DNA of 64,000 nucleotides from an uncultured bacterium (GTDB lineage: Bacteria > Hydrothermota > UBA3073 > NMUJ01 > CBEVQO01), in NCBI GenBank assembly GCA_965552055.1, contig CBEVQO010000002.1, positions 430,796-494,795 of the forward strand. Direction: 5' to 3'. This document shows, one piece after another, positions 9,357-19,028 of the stretch. The notes beneath the pieces were generated by a model that did no database searches, was not told the DNA's origin, and worked only from the letters and a program-made list of their open reading frames with translations. Numbering within the stretch: the first letter of the stretch is position 1; every line of letters begins with the position of its first letter. The position numbers and the translations under genes are program-made.

Positions 9357-10496
9357 CTATTTTATCCTTCTAACAGCAAGCAGCGCAATATCATCGAACA
9401 ACTCCTGCCCCTCAGAAAACGCTAACACTTCATTTAATATCCCTTTTAGAAACATGTCAATATCAAATTTTGAATATTTTACTATCGCATCATAAAACCT
9501 TTTTTCTCCGAATCTTTCCTTTTTCTTATTTCTTGCATCAACAACACCATCAGTATATAAAATAATCATATCTCCCACTTCAATATTAAAATCCACAATT
9601 TCAAGGGATTTTATAAACTCATTGTGATTTACTATTCCCAGTGCCTTACCTTTGGGTCTTATAAGTTTTACTTCGTCAGCCTTATAGGGCAGGTGTATCA
9701 TTGGTTTATGACCTGCATTTGCGTAAGTTATTTTATGATATTCCTGCTCCAAAACTCCATATCCCATTGTTACGAACATAAAAGGTGGAATATCCGAAAG
9801 TAACTTTCTATTCAAACCATCTAACAATTCTTTTATGTTTTGCGGATTTCTTGCATAGTATAGGATAAGTGCCCTAACTTCTGACATTACTAGAGTTGCA
9901 GGAATTCCTTTACCGCTCACATCTGCGATGACAAGTCCATAAAGATTATCCTGAAAAGGTATAATGGCACAATAATCTCCTCCTACTTTTTCTGCCGGAA
10001 AAACAACAGCATTCGCCTCATAATATTCATTTTGCAGTTTATATTTCGGCAAAAATGTATCCTGAATCCTGCGAGCAACTTCCATCTCGTGCTTTAACCT
10101 CTCTGCTTCTCTTATATCATGCAACATCTTCCTGACATCCTTTATCGTCTGATCAAACATCTTCGAAATATACCCTACTTCATCACGAGATGCCACTTCT
10201 ACAGAACGGGAAATGTCACCCAGGGCAACACGCTTTACGCTCTCCCTTAAATAACGCAATGGCTTCGTTATAAGCCTCAAAGAAGGATACGATAAGCCAT
10301 AAAGAAAAAGGATACTTAAAAATAGAGCCCAGTTATAAAAAAAATCCAACAGAAAAATATAAAGTAACAAAAGTGAAAACCCAACATATATCCTTATTTT
10401 AAACTCAAGGGTAAATTCTTTTTCTCTCAAACATTTAAAATACTCAATAGCCAGTGCTATCACTATTACAATTGCAGGGATAAATTTCTCCATCAC
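9357..10496 (-). CDS. Membrane HAMP + SpoIIE/PP2C phosphatase
   Basis: N-terminal TM helices; RDEVG HAMP; VGGDY; ADVSGKG; NAGH; YTDG; DDI. Confidence 0.9.
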   Translation of the reverse strand: MMEKFIPAIVIVIALAIEYFKCLREKEFTLEFKIRIYVGFSLLLLYIFLLDFFYNWALFLSILFLYGLSYPSLRLITKPLRYLRESVKRVALGDISRSVEVASRDEVGYISKMFDQTIKDVRKMLHDIREAERLKHEMEVARRIQDTFLPKYKLQNEYYEANAVVFPAEKVGGDYCAIIPFQDNLYGLVIADVSGKGIPATLVMSEVRALILYYARNPQNIKELLDGLNRKLLSDIPPFMFVTMGYGVLEQEYHKITYANAGHKPMIHLPYKADEVKLIRPKGKALGIVNHNEFIKSLEIVDFNIEVGDMIILYTDGVVDARNKKKERFGEKRFYDAIVKYSKFDIDMFLKGILNEVLAFSEGQELFDDIALLAVRRIK

Positions 10497-11641
10497 ATTT
10501 TCGCATAAGGTAAAAATAATCTTTCGTATTCATCCTGTGCAAATCTATCTGTCATTCCAGCGATATAATCACATACTATCTGCTCAGGTGGAGCATCACC
10601 GCATCTCTTCTTAAAATCAGGTGGAATTTGCCTCATATCCGAAAGATAGGTCGTAAAAAGAGCTTTAACATAACGCTTCGCTTTATTCTGCATCTTTACA
10701 ACCTTATAATGAGTATACAAATTTTCGTATAAAAATTTCTTTAACTCATTTTGATACTCTGCCATATCTTTGCTAAATTCCACAAGAGGCGGCAATTCTC
10801 TTACCTTTTCAACAGAATCTACATTATGTTTTTCGATATTCCTAAGAGTAGTATTTATCACATCCTCAATTTGAGCAGAAATGAGTTTTCTTAAAGTTTT
10901 CCGAATACAAAGTTCAATATCTTTCCCTTTAAGTTCCTTTTTAACTTCATCAAAAATTTCTTTCCAGATTTTTACTTCCTCCAGTTGTTCAAGTTCGATG
11001 TAGCCCGATTTCAATCCATCATCTATATCATGGACATTATATGCGATTTCATCTGCAAGATTTATAATTTGTGCTTCTATCGTTGGCGATTTATCAGGTT
11101 CAAATTCTTTTAATTGAGATATATCCGGCTTATCATAAACAGTTACATGTTTAACAATTCCTTCTCTTACTTCAAAAGTAAGATTAAGTCCATGGAAATC
11201 GGGATAACGATATTCGAGCACATCCACTACTCTTAATCCCTGCAAATTATGTTCAAAACCATTTGGCATAAGCTCGTTTAATGCTTCTTCACCAGCATGT
11301 CCAAAAGGTGGATGTCCTATATCATGTGCAAGTGCTATGGCTTCGGTAAGGTCTTCATTAACCCTGAGTGCACGCGCAATAGTGCGAGCAATTTGAGCAA
11401 CCTCAATCGTATGCGTTAACCTTGTCCTGTAATAATCACCTTCATGATTGACAAAAACCTGTGTTTTATATTCCATGCGCCTGAAAGCTGTGGAATGTAT
11501 TATTCTGTCCCTATCTCTCTGATAACATGTCCTGTATTCATATTCTTCTTCGGGATATTTTCTCCCCCTAGAATATTTAGCTTTCATAGCATAGGGAGCC
11601 AGAACCTTTTCTTCTAAATTAAGTAATTCTTTGGAGGTCAT
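10493..11641 (-). CDS. dgt: dGTP triphosphohydrolase
   Basis: RDRDRIIHS; RTRLTH; AHDIGHPPFGHAGE; DYIAGMTD. Confidence 0.93.
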   Translation of the reverse strand: MTSKELLNLEEKVLAPYAMKAKYSRGRKYPEEEYEYRTCYQRDRDRIIHSTAFRRMEYKTQVFVNHEGDYYRTRLTHTIEVAQIARTIARALRVNEDLTEAIALAHDIGHPPFGHAGEEALNELMPNGFEHNLQGLRVVDVLEYRYPDFHGLNLTFEVREGIVKHVTVYDKPDISQLKEFEPDKSPTIEAQIINLADEIAYNVHDIDDGLKSGYIELEQLEEVKIWKEIFDEVKKELKGKDIELCIRKTLRKLISAQIEDVINTTLRNIEKHNVDSVEKVRELPPLVEFSKDMAEYQNELKKFLYENLYTHYKVVKMQNKAKRYVKALFTTYLSDMRQIPPDFKKRCGDAPPEQIVCDYIAGMTDRFAQDEYERLFLPYAKM

Positions 11642-12444
11642 ATTGATAAAGCCTCACAAATAAGCTCTGTAAAATATTTTACCTCTATACCTGTGAAATC
11701 TGGATAGTTTTCCTTTATAAAATCCTGAAAGTTCTTAAGATTATAATGGCAAAGCGGACAGGAGGTTATCAAAATTTCTCCTCCCCTATCTATTGCGGAT
11801 TTAAGTATCTTGTGAGCCCTCTCAATAACGAATTCCTTTTCATTTACAACCTGATAACTTCCGCAACATTCATTCATAAATGGAAACTCAACGGGCTCAC
11901 CGCCTATTGCTTTTATTAAATCGGATAATATATGGGGATTCTCAGGGTCATCAAGCGCTGCTTCTTCGGGACGCAAAAGCATACATCCATAATAAGGTGC
12001 CACTTTCTTACCTATCTTTTTCTTCACCATTTGCCCCAATTTATCGAAACCAAATTCTTTTAACAAATGAAGACCATGAATTACCTCAACACCTCCATCA
12101 TATTTCGTTTCCTCTTCATACATCAAATCGTTTATCTTATCCATCTTTTCTTTATCTCTTTTCACAAGTAAATCAACTCTTTTAAGGGTGTTGTAACACA
12201 TAGAGCACATACACAAAATCTTATCTGCCCCTTCTTCCTTTGCTCTTATCAAATTTCTGAAAGACGCAACATGAAACATAACATTATCAGAAGCAAGTGA
12301 ATAAACTGTTCCACAACAATTCCATCTATCGAGTTCTTTTATGTCGTATCCTAAATACTTAAAGAGTTTTTTCGAAGTCTCATCAAATTCTTTCGCATCT
12401 GATTTTAAGGTGCATCCAGGATAATATAAAATCTTCTCACTCAT
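11638..12444 (-). CDS. hdrB: Heterodisulfide reductase subunit B-like
   Basis: YYPGC; WNCCG; CSMC; YYGCMLLRP; CCG; CPLC. Confidence 0.85.
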   Translation of the reverse strand: MSEKILYYPGCTLKSDAKEFDETSKKLFKYLGYDIKELDRWNCCGTVYSLASDNVMFHVASFRNLIRAKEEGADKILCMCSMCYNTLKRVDLLVKRDKEKMDKINDLMYEEETKYDGGVEVIHGLHLLKEFGFDKLGQMVKKKIGKKVAPYYGCMLLRPEEAALDDPENPHILSDLIKAIGGEPVEFPFMNECCGSYQVVNEKEFVIERAHKILKSAIDRGGEILITSCPLCHYNLKNFQDFIKENYPDFTGIEVKYFTELICEALSI

Positions 12445-12833
12445 GCTGATAACTTTCTTTGCGCACTTATCAAAGCAATTGGTGGCAGGATTTTTCTTTC
12501 ATCTTCCTTTATTTTATTCAAATGCACATGGTCTATATTTTCGCGTAATTTCAACAATCTAACGGCTTCAAACACACGGGCAAGGTCAATTCCCCGGGGA
12601 CACCTGACAGTACACATAAAGCAACTTGCACAAATCCATATCGTTTTTGAATCAATTACCCTCCTTACATTGCCCATCTGTAAATACCTTATCGCCTGAT
12701 TCGGAAGCAAATCCATTGCAGAAGCAGAAGGACAACTACCAGAACATCTACCACACTGATAGCACAACATTATGTTTTGCTCAGATATCTCTTCTATTCT
12801 CTTAAGCTCGGAAATGTTCAATCCTAAATTCAT
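12441..12833 (-). CDS. hdrC: Heterodisulfide reductase subunit C-like
   Basis: CYQCGRCSGSCP; IWICASCFMCTVRCPRGID. Confidence 0.85.
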   Translation of the reverse strand: MNLGLNISELKRIEEISEQNIMLCYQCGRCSGSCPSASAMDLLPNQAIRYLQMGNVRRVIDSKTIWICASCFMCTVRCPRGIDLARVFEAVRLLKLRENIDHVHLNKIKEDERKILPPIALISAQRKLSA

Positions 12834-12838
12834 CATCT

Positions 12839-12865
12839 ATTTTAATCCTATTCCCAGAATGTCAA
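12839..12865 (-). promoter_or_regulatory. promoter TTGACA-N15-TAAAAT
   Basis: -10 lies 5 nt before ATG 12833. Confidence 0.7.
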
Positions 12866-12889
12866 GTTATTTTTGAAAAAATTTTCCGC

Positions 12890-12916
12890 TTGACATTTTT
12901 AAATTTCTTTTAAATT
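12890..12916 (+). promoter_or_regulatory. promoter TTGACA-N15-TAAATT
   Basis: -10 lies 6 nt before ATG 12923. Confidence 0.7.
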
Positions 12917-12922
12917 TTCAAG

Positions 12923-13576
12923 ATGAAAATAAAAGCAGATTTGCATATCCACACCTTTTATTCTCCCGATAGTATAATAACATTTCAAACCTTAATAAAA
13001 ATTTGTAAAAGGAGAAAGATAAATTGCGTTGCCATCACAGACCATAACACAATTAAAGGAGCTGTAGAATTTTCAAAAATTTCTCCGCTCAAAGTTATTA
13101 TCGGTGAAGAAATTGATACGAAAGATGGCGAAATTATAGGCTATTTTTTGAAAAAAGAAATCAGAAAAGGTTTAAGTGCAGAAGATACTGTTTATGCTAT
13201 AAAAGAACAAGATGGTCTTGTGTGCATTCCCCATCCTTTTGACAAATTAAGGGGCTCTGCATTGAATCCCGATAAATTAATGAAAATCATTGATGATGTT
13301 GACATAATCGAAGGTGTAAATGGCAGGGTTTTTAAAGAGCTTGATAATGCTCTCGCAATAGAATTTGCGGTTGCTTATAAAAAGCAGGTATCCGCAGGAA
13401 GCGATGCACATACAGCACTTGAAATCGGTATCGCAACAGTAGAACTTGAAGATTTTAACTCAAAAGAAGAATTTTTAAAAAACCTTGAAGATGCTAAAAT
13501 TTATAACAAAGTAAGTCATCCCATTGTCCATATTTTTAGCACGGGAATTAAAATTGCGAAAAAAATATTAAAATGA
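12923..13576 (+). CDS. PHP-domain phosphoesterase
   Basis: DLHIHT; AITDHN; PHPF; GSDAH. Confidence 0.9.
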   Translation: MKIKADLHIHTFYSPDSIITFQTLIKICKRRKINCVAITDHNTIKGAVEFSKISPLKVIIGEEIDTKDGEIIGYFLKKEIRKGLSAEDTVYAIKEQDGLVCIPHPFDKLRGSALNPDKLMKIIDDVDIIEGVNGRVFKELDNALAIEFAVAYKKQVSAGSDAHTALEIGIATVELEDFNSKEEFLKNLEDAKIYNKVSHPIVHIFSTGIKIAKKILK

Positions 13577-14427
13577 CAGACATCATCATTGTAACCCATA
13601 ATTCAGAAAAATTCATAGAACATTGTTTGAATAGCATTCCCAAAAATTACAGAATAATCATAATAGATAACGCTTCAAAAGATAAAACAAAAGAAATTGT
13701 CAAAAAATTTGAAAATGTAAAACTTATCGAGAATAAGAAAAATATTGGATTCACAAAGGCGGTAAATCAAGGGATAAAAGAAACGCGGTCGGAATTTATT
13801 TTATTATTAAATCCGGACATCATTGTATTAGGTGACGCAATAAAAAAGCTTGAAGAGTTCATGAAAGTACATCCGGAATGCGGAGCGGTTGCTCCACAGC
13901 TTTTAAATCCAGACCTCACAATTCAAAACTCATGCAGAAAATTCCCAACACCATTTAACATATTTCTGGAGTTCATGTTATTACCGCGGATTTTTAAAAA
14001 ACTTTCTCTATGGAAAATGGGATATTTTAAACACAATAAGTTATGTGAAGTAGAACAACCAATGGCATCTGCTATCATGATAAGAAAAAAAGTTTTCAAA
14101 AAGATTGGATATTTCAACGAAAAATACAAAAACTATGTCAGCGATGTCGATTTTTGTTACAGAATGAAAAAGGAAGGTTTTAAAATTTACTTTTATCCTG
14201 ATGCCAAGATGATTCATTATCTTGGTAGGACGATGAAAATGTATCCTTTAAAATCTGTAATAGAATTACATCATTCGCTTTATAAATTTTTAAAGGAAAA
14301 TTACGATAAGAAATTTTTATTGATTATCGACGGATTTCTACTTTATTTCAGCATGTTGATTCGTGTATTTTTCCTTTTATTTTTTAAATTTTTCAAGAAT
14401 ATCTTTCGCTGTTTTTTTACCCGATAA
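13573..14427 (+). CDS. GT2 glycosyltransferase
   Basis: IIIVTHN; IDNASKD; NIGF; LLNPD; DVDFC. Confidence 0.9.
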   Translation: MTDIIIVTHNSEKFIEHCLNSIPKNYRIIIIDNASKDKTKEIVKKFENVKLIENKKNIGFTKAVNQGIKETRSEFILLLNPDIIVLGDAIKKLEEFMKVHPECGAVAPQLLNPDLTIQNSCRKFPTPFNIFLEFMLLPRIFKKLSLWKMGYFKHNKLCEVEQPMASAIMIRKKVFKKIGYFNEKYKNYVSDVDFCYRMKKEGFKIYFYPDAKMIHYLGRTMKMYPLKSVIELHHSLYKFLKENYDKKFLLIIDGFLLYFSMLIRVFFLLFFKFFKNIFRCFFTR

Positions 14428-15129
14428 CAGCATACCGGCGAATATCGGACCCATTCTTGGACCACCATATACTGCGTTGACTGCCATACCGGCTACATAA
14501 AGACCAGGGACTACTTCTCCTGCTTTCTCGACAACAAACTTTTCTCCTTCTTCAGCGTTCATAGGACCTTCTCCTTTGATTATCTTCTCTCCCATTTTCT
14601 TCTCATACAGTTTCACAAGCTGAGCATCATGTCCTGTTGCATCAACAAGTGCTTTACATAGAAAAGAAAGAGGGTCAACATGCAAGCCAGATGCAAGAGC
14701 AGAATGCCAGTTCACCACAACACCGCATACCTCCTTATTTTTTATCACTAAATCTTCAACTTCTATGAGATTTAAAATATTTACTCCTTCTTTTTTACAT
14801 TTTAAACCGAGCCCGCAAGCAAGTTCAATTGCATCAACAATCAAATATCTATCTTTCTCTTTATATTTTACGCCTATTTCTTCTAAAATCCCAATCGATT
14901 CTTTGCTGAGTACAGTTTTATTAAACATCATACCGCCACCCCATATCCCTCCTCCTATTGACAATCTTTTCTCGAATACACAAACCTTTAGTCCTCTTTG
15001 AGCAAGAGTATAAGCACATGTCAAACCAGCAGGACCAGCGCCACAAATTATAACATCAACTTCTAAATTATTTCGTAAGGAATAAAAATACTCCTCTATT
15101 ATAAGGCGGGAAATTTCTTTTTCTATCAT
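14377..15129 (-). CDS. thi4: Sulfide-dependent (His-type) thiazole synthase
   Basis: GAGPAGL; GGGIWGGGMMF; LHVDP; DATGHD; PRMGPIF. Confidence 0.9.
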   Translation of the reverse strand: MIEKEISRLIIEEYFYSLRNNLEVDVIICGAGPAGLTCAYTLAQRGLKVCVFEKRLSIGGGIWGGGMMFNKTVLSKESIGILEEIGVKYKEKDRYLIVDAIELACGLGLKCKKEGVNILNLIEVEDLVIKNKEVCGVVVNWHSALASGLHVDPLSFLCKALVDATGHDAQLVKLYEKKMGEKIIKGEGPMNAEEGEKFVVEKAGEVVPGLYVAGMAVNAVYGGPRMGPIFAGMLLSGKKTAKDILEKFKK

Positions 15130-15130
15130 T

Positions 15131-16648
15131 TTATTGTATCACAACAAATTTATACGATTTCCCACCCGTTCTGCAAATATAAATCCCGGGCTTAAATTCT
15201 CCGTTTATTTTCAAGATATATCTATCTCCGGAGATATTCACCTCTTTTATCAATCTTCCTGTCATATCGTATATCGTTAGTTTGCCTTTTAATCCGTTAA
15301 ATATCACATAATTTTTAGCAGGATTTGGATAAATATTTATTTTATTGAGGGAAAGTTGTTGCAATGCTTTGATATTTTCTTTTGCAACTTCGATTCTTAT
15401 CTCATGTAAAACAGGACTCCCGATATCCGAAACTGCATTAAATTCGACCATATACTGAACATATCTGTGATTAGAATTTACAGATGCAATTACCGAAAGG
15501 TCATCACCGCACTGCAACTGCGGACACATATCCCAATCCATAGCATCGGACATATCAGGAGTGGAGCCCGTACGAACTTTAACCACAGGATTACCTGTCG
15601 CCCTAAAATAAATTTTGCCATAAGGTGTTTGAAGAGGTCCCCTATCGAAAACAGAAGATTCAAAATAACCGAATTGATGAAAACCAGAGCAATACATCCA
15701 TTCTTTACCCGCAACCAGTATCAATTGATTTGGCAAAATAAGCAAAGACAAAGGCGAACCAAGATATGAAAAATCTTTGCATAAGCTCCAGTTAACATCC
15801 TTTTTGTATAACCTTCCTGCGTCTGACAGAGCATAAAGCTTATCATCAGCGTTTTTAATCAAAGAGATTATCTCCTGCTCCGGTATAGCAGAAGTTATTT
15901 TAAATGTATCATTAATCAAAGTAAGGATACAGGCAGGTTTACCAGTTGCTATTATTTTGCCATCATATTCTGTTATTATGTTTATCTTTTCAACAGTATC
16001 AGGTAAAGGATATTTTTTCACACTACCTGCTAATATACTGTAAATAGTATCTGTTTTACAGCCGACAAATATTGTTTCTCCCTTTGTGTAGATAGCTGTT
16101 ATTTCGGATGGCAATTGAGCGAGCTCCTGCCAGACATTATCCTCTTTTAAAACTTTACCGCATGCTGTTCCCAGCAAAATTTTATCATCAACTGTAAGCC
16201 CTGTAGCAGTCACACTAACATTCAATGTATCACATGGAATGTAACTAACCCATTCACCATACTCATTCAGATATAAAACAGGATTAATAGTATTGGATGT
16301 AACCGCAAATAATTTTCCTGTTTTCTTAAATAGCAACCATTTAACTGTATCATCAACTTCCCAGTATCCATCCCATGATATACCATTGTTAAACGAGACC
16401 CATATTTCACATCCTGTACAGCAGAACAGAGCCTCATCTCCTGCTTTTAAGAAAGTTAGTCCATCTGCAGGTGGTCTAAGCTTAACCCACACTTCGTCGC
16501 TTGCTTTCAGCATAATGTCACCCACTGGCAAGCCCTGCACATTTATCCCAATGAGATATTTATTCGTATCAGACCACATAGATTGGTAAGGACCACCCGA
16601 CCAGTCTGTTTGTAGCCACTGGAAAGCAAGAAATATCGCTATTATCAT
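15131..16648 (-). CDS. Secreted beta-propeller-like protein with T9SS-type C-terminal domain
   Basis: C-terminus IYPNPA...IYDMTGRLI...PGIY...KFVV; N-terminal QTDWSGG. Confidence 0.7.
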   Translation of the reverse strand: MIIAIFLAFQWLQTDWSGGPYQSMWSDTNKYLIGINVQGLPVGDIMLKASDEVWVKLRPPADGLTFLKAGDEALFCCTGCEIWVSFNNGISWDGYWEVDDTVKWLLFKKTGKLFAVTSNTINPVLYLNEYGEWVSYIPCDTLNVSVTATGLTVDDKILLGTACGKVLKEDNVWQELAQLPSEITAIYTKGETIFVGCKTDTIYSILAGSVKKYPLPDTVEKINIITEYDGKIIATGKPACILTLINDTFKITSAIPEQEIISLIKNADDKLYALSDAGRLYKKDVNWSLCKDFSYLGSPLSLLILPNQLILVAGKEWMYCSGFHQFGYFESSVFDRGPLQTPYGKIYFRATGNPVVKVRTGSTPDMSDAMDWDMCPQLQCGDDLSVIASVNSNHRYVQYMVEFNAVSDIGSPVLHEIRIEVAKENIKALQQLSLNKINIYPNPAKNYVIFNGLKGKLTIYDMTGRLIKEVNISGDRYILKINGEFKPGIYICRTGGKSYKFVVIQ

Positions 16649-16660
16649 GGCACCCCCTTT

Positions 16661-19015
16661 TTAACGCATCCAGATTATCTTTGATAAGCAAACATTTCTA
16701 CCCGATTGAACTTTAATGAAATAGATTCCCGATGGAACCATTACTCCTTTACTATCTTTTCCATCCCATCTTAATATCTTTTCTCCTGTCAGCATCCCAT
16801 CGAACAATGTCCTTATTTTCCTGCCAGCTATATCATAAATAGCAACCTTCACATTTCCCTTTCCTGCAGGTAGCAATCTTATATTAACAAAGTATGAAGC
16901 AGGATTTGGATACACTTCTATCCTCTTATCAATTGCAACTTTCTTTTCTTCGAGCTCAATTGCCTTCTTTTTACCAGTAAGTGCAAGTACCAATGAGTCT
17001 TCTGTAAATGTCGTTAAAACTTTTAAACCTGTTCCTCTCCAGATTGCAGTCTCAGCTTCGGGTATCATAAATGTATCAAATGCTACAACGACAGATTCAC
17101 CCGGGAGAAGCTCAACCAATCTCTCAGATGAATACATCCACAACGGCTCAATAAGGGTATCTTTCCTCTCAGGTGAAATCGAATCAATCGAAGGGTATAT
17201 GTAAAGAGTATCATGATATATGAAGAAACCTGTAAATATAATTTCTGCCCTCGCTGTAAACTTTAGCGGTCTGTCACCTGCATTTTTGTACATCACTTTA
17301 GGAACAATAGGCACCCCAAAATCAGTGGTATCAACAAAATGCAAAGCATAATTATACAATTTAACCGTGTCCAGAGAGGTAAATGGCATTATCACCGTAT
17401 CAATAGTATCATTCGGTAACAAACCTTCTACATGTTTCTCAACAATTTCACCTTCTCCTATCACCGGCAAATCTCCTACCTGTCCAACAACTACAGGATT
17501 CACAGTGTAATTATAGCCATCCTCTGAAGGATCTATGTCCCTTAAAGGATCAAGGTCCTGCTGGAAAAGAATATAGGGTTTATTTTCCGATTCTGACCAG
17601 CATGCTGATAAGAACCATTCTGAAAGTTCAGGAGTATTTGAAATATTGAATTTCGGACTCCATGTCCTGCCCATATCCGTTGAGAATGCAAAGTATATCT
17701 CTCCAATAGCAACAGTATCCGAACCCTGAAAACCATATTGATGAAACGGTGGCTCTATCCAGAAGCAATATAGAGTGTGGGTTCCGGGGTCTTCCACGAG
17801 AGCAAAATGGTGAATTATATTACCCCAGTAGAAAGGATATATCCCGAAGCTCCATGGTAATTCTCGGGAAGGTGCAAAATTATATGCCACCATGTAAACA
17901 GAATCTGTCTTCTCATAATAGTGCCAGAGAACACTCGACCATACACTTACATAGTATCTTCCAACATCCGGCAAACTCGATGCAGGTTTTCCGATGAATA
18001 GAACATGTAAATAACCTTCGCTATCGAACATCGCATATACATCGCCATCGAATGCATTTATAAACCCTTTCAGGGTATAAGTACCTTTGCCTCCTTTCAT
18101 CTTATTTGTTATATCAACTTTATCTCCCCATGTAAGCCCACCATCATTCGAGATTTGATAATACACATGCACATTATAGGGGTCGAGAGCAGTATCGCAT
18201 CCTGCATACACCAGTGCCATAACACATGTATCTTTCCTAGCACATGGAAATGCTCCTCCCAGAATATAAGGATATTCGCCCATTTCAATCCAGTCTATAA
18301 ATCCTCCTCCACCCATCAACAGATCGACATTCGCCCAGGTGTACAGTGTTGGTTTGGGAGGGTTCTGAGCATAAAGTGTTGCTGTAAGCACAAGATTGTT
18401 ATACCCATCAACGGCTATACATGGCCAGATATATTCTGTGCCAGGAGACTTCGTGTAATGTTCATCAAAAATATTCGAACCAGGCCATAGATTAATCGCT
18501 ACACCTGATTGATAATAACCATCCTGCTTCACATGTGCCGATACAACCGTCAAACCAGCGGTATCAACTTCTATATCACCATAGCCATTTTTTGCACCGA
18601 AAATCTTTATCCCAGCAGAAGTATCCACACCACCACCATAAACCCATGACCCTTCCTCCGGATTATAATAATTCCAGGTCATTTTTCTATCAGGATAAGA
18701 AGGTGGGCTCTCAAATCCTCTCATCCACAGAACATGTATCCATCCATTTTTCCTGTCGTAAACTATTCTTTTATTATAAGGACCCGGATTCCATTGCCAG
18801 TCATAAGCAGTATATCCAACTGTATCAACTTTCAAGAAATAGGGATATGCATTTTCACCGAGTTTAATATTGGGATGATACGGCTTCACACTTTTCGCTT
18901 TATCAACCGCACCCATACTCGGATATTCGGCTTTCGACATCATTCTCACTTTACCCAGTAAATCCCTGTCTACAGGCATTATTTTTACAACATACATTAA
19001 CAACACAAGCAACAT
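16661..19015 (-). CDS. Secreted BNR/Asp-box protein with T9SS/FlgD-type CTD
   Basis: SNDGGLTW and STDMGRTW Asp-boxes; VYPNP...IYDIAGR...WDGKD...SGIYF. Confidence 0.75.
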   Translation of the reverse strand: MLLVLLMYVVKIMPVDRDLLGKVRMMSKAEYPSMGAVDKAKSVKPYHPNIKLGENAYPYFLKVDTVGYTAYDWQWNPGPYNKRIVYDRKNGWIHVLWMRGFESPPSYPDRKMTWNYYNPEEGSWVYGGGVDTSAGIKIFGAKNGYGDIEVDTAGLTVVSAHVKQDGYYQSGVAINLWPGSNIFDEHYTKSPGTEYIWPCIAVDGYNNLVLTATLYAQNPPKPTLYTWANVDLLMGGGGFIDWIEMGEYPYILGGAFPCARKDTCVMALVYAGCDTALDPYNVHVYYQISNDGGLTWGDKVDITNKMKGGKGTYTLKGFINAFDGDVYAMFDSEGYLHVLFIGKPASSLPDVGRYYVSVWSSVLWHYYEKTDSVYMVAYNFAPSRELPWSFGIYPFYWGNIIHHFALVEDPGTHTLYCFWIEPPFHQYGFQGSDTVAIGEIYFAFSTDMGRTWSPKFNISNTPELSEWFLSACWSESENKPYILFQQDLDPLRDIDPSEDGYNYTVNPVVVGQVGDLPVIGEGEIVEKHVEGLLPNDTIDTVIMPFTSLDTVKLYNYALHFVDTTDFGVPIVPKVMYKNAGDRPLKFTARAEIIFTGFFIYHDTLYIYPSIDSISPERKDTLIEPLWMYSSERLVELLPGESVVVAFDTFMIPEAETAIWRGTGLKVLTTFTEDSLVLALTGKKKAIELEEKKVAIDKRIEVYPNPASYFVNIRLLPAGKGNVKVAIYDIAGRKIRTLFDGMLTGEKILRWDGKDSKGVMVPSGIYFIKVQSGRNVCLSKIIWMR

Positions 19016-19028
19016 ATCCCCCCCTTTT

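Noticed and set aside
11638..12833. Selenocysteine or stop-codon recoding in Hdr/Fe-S genes
   Set aside because: ORFs are complete with no in-frame TGA or TAG
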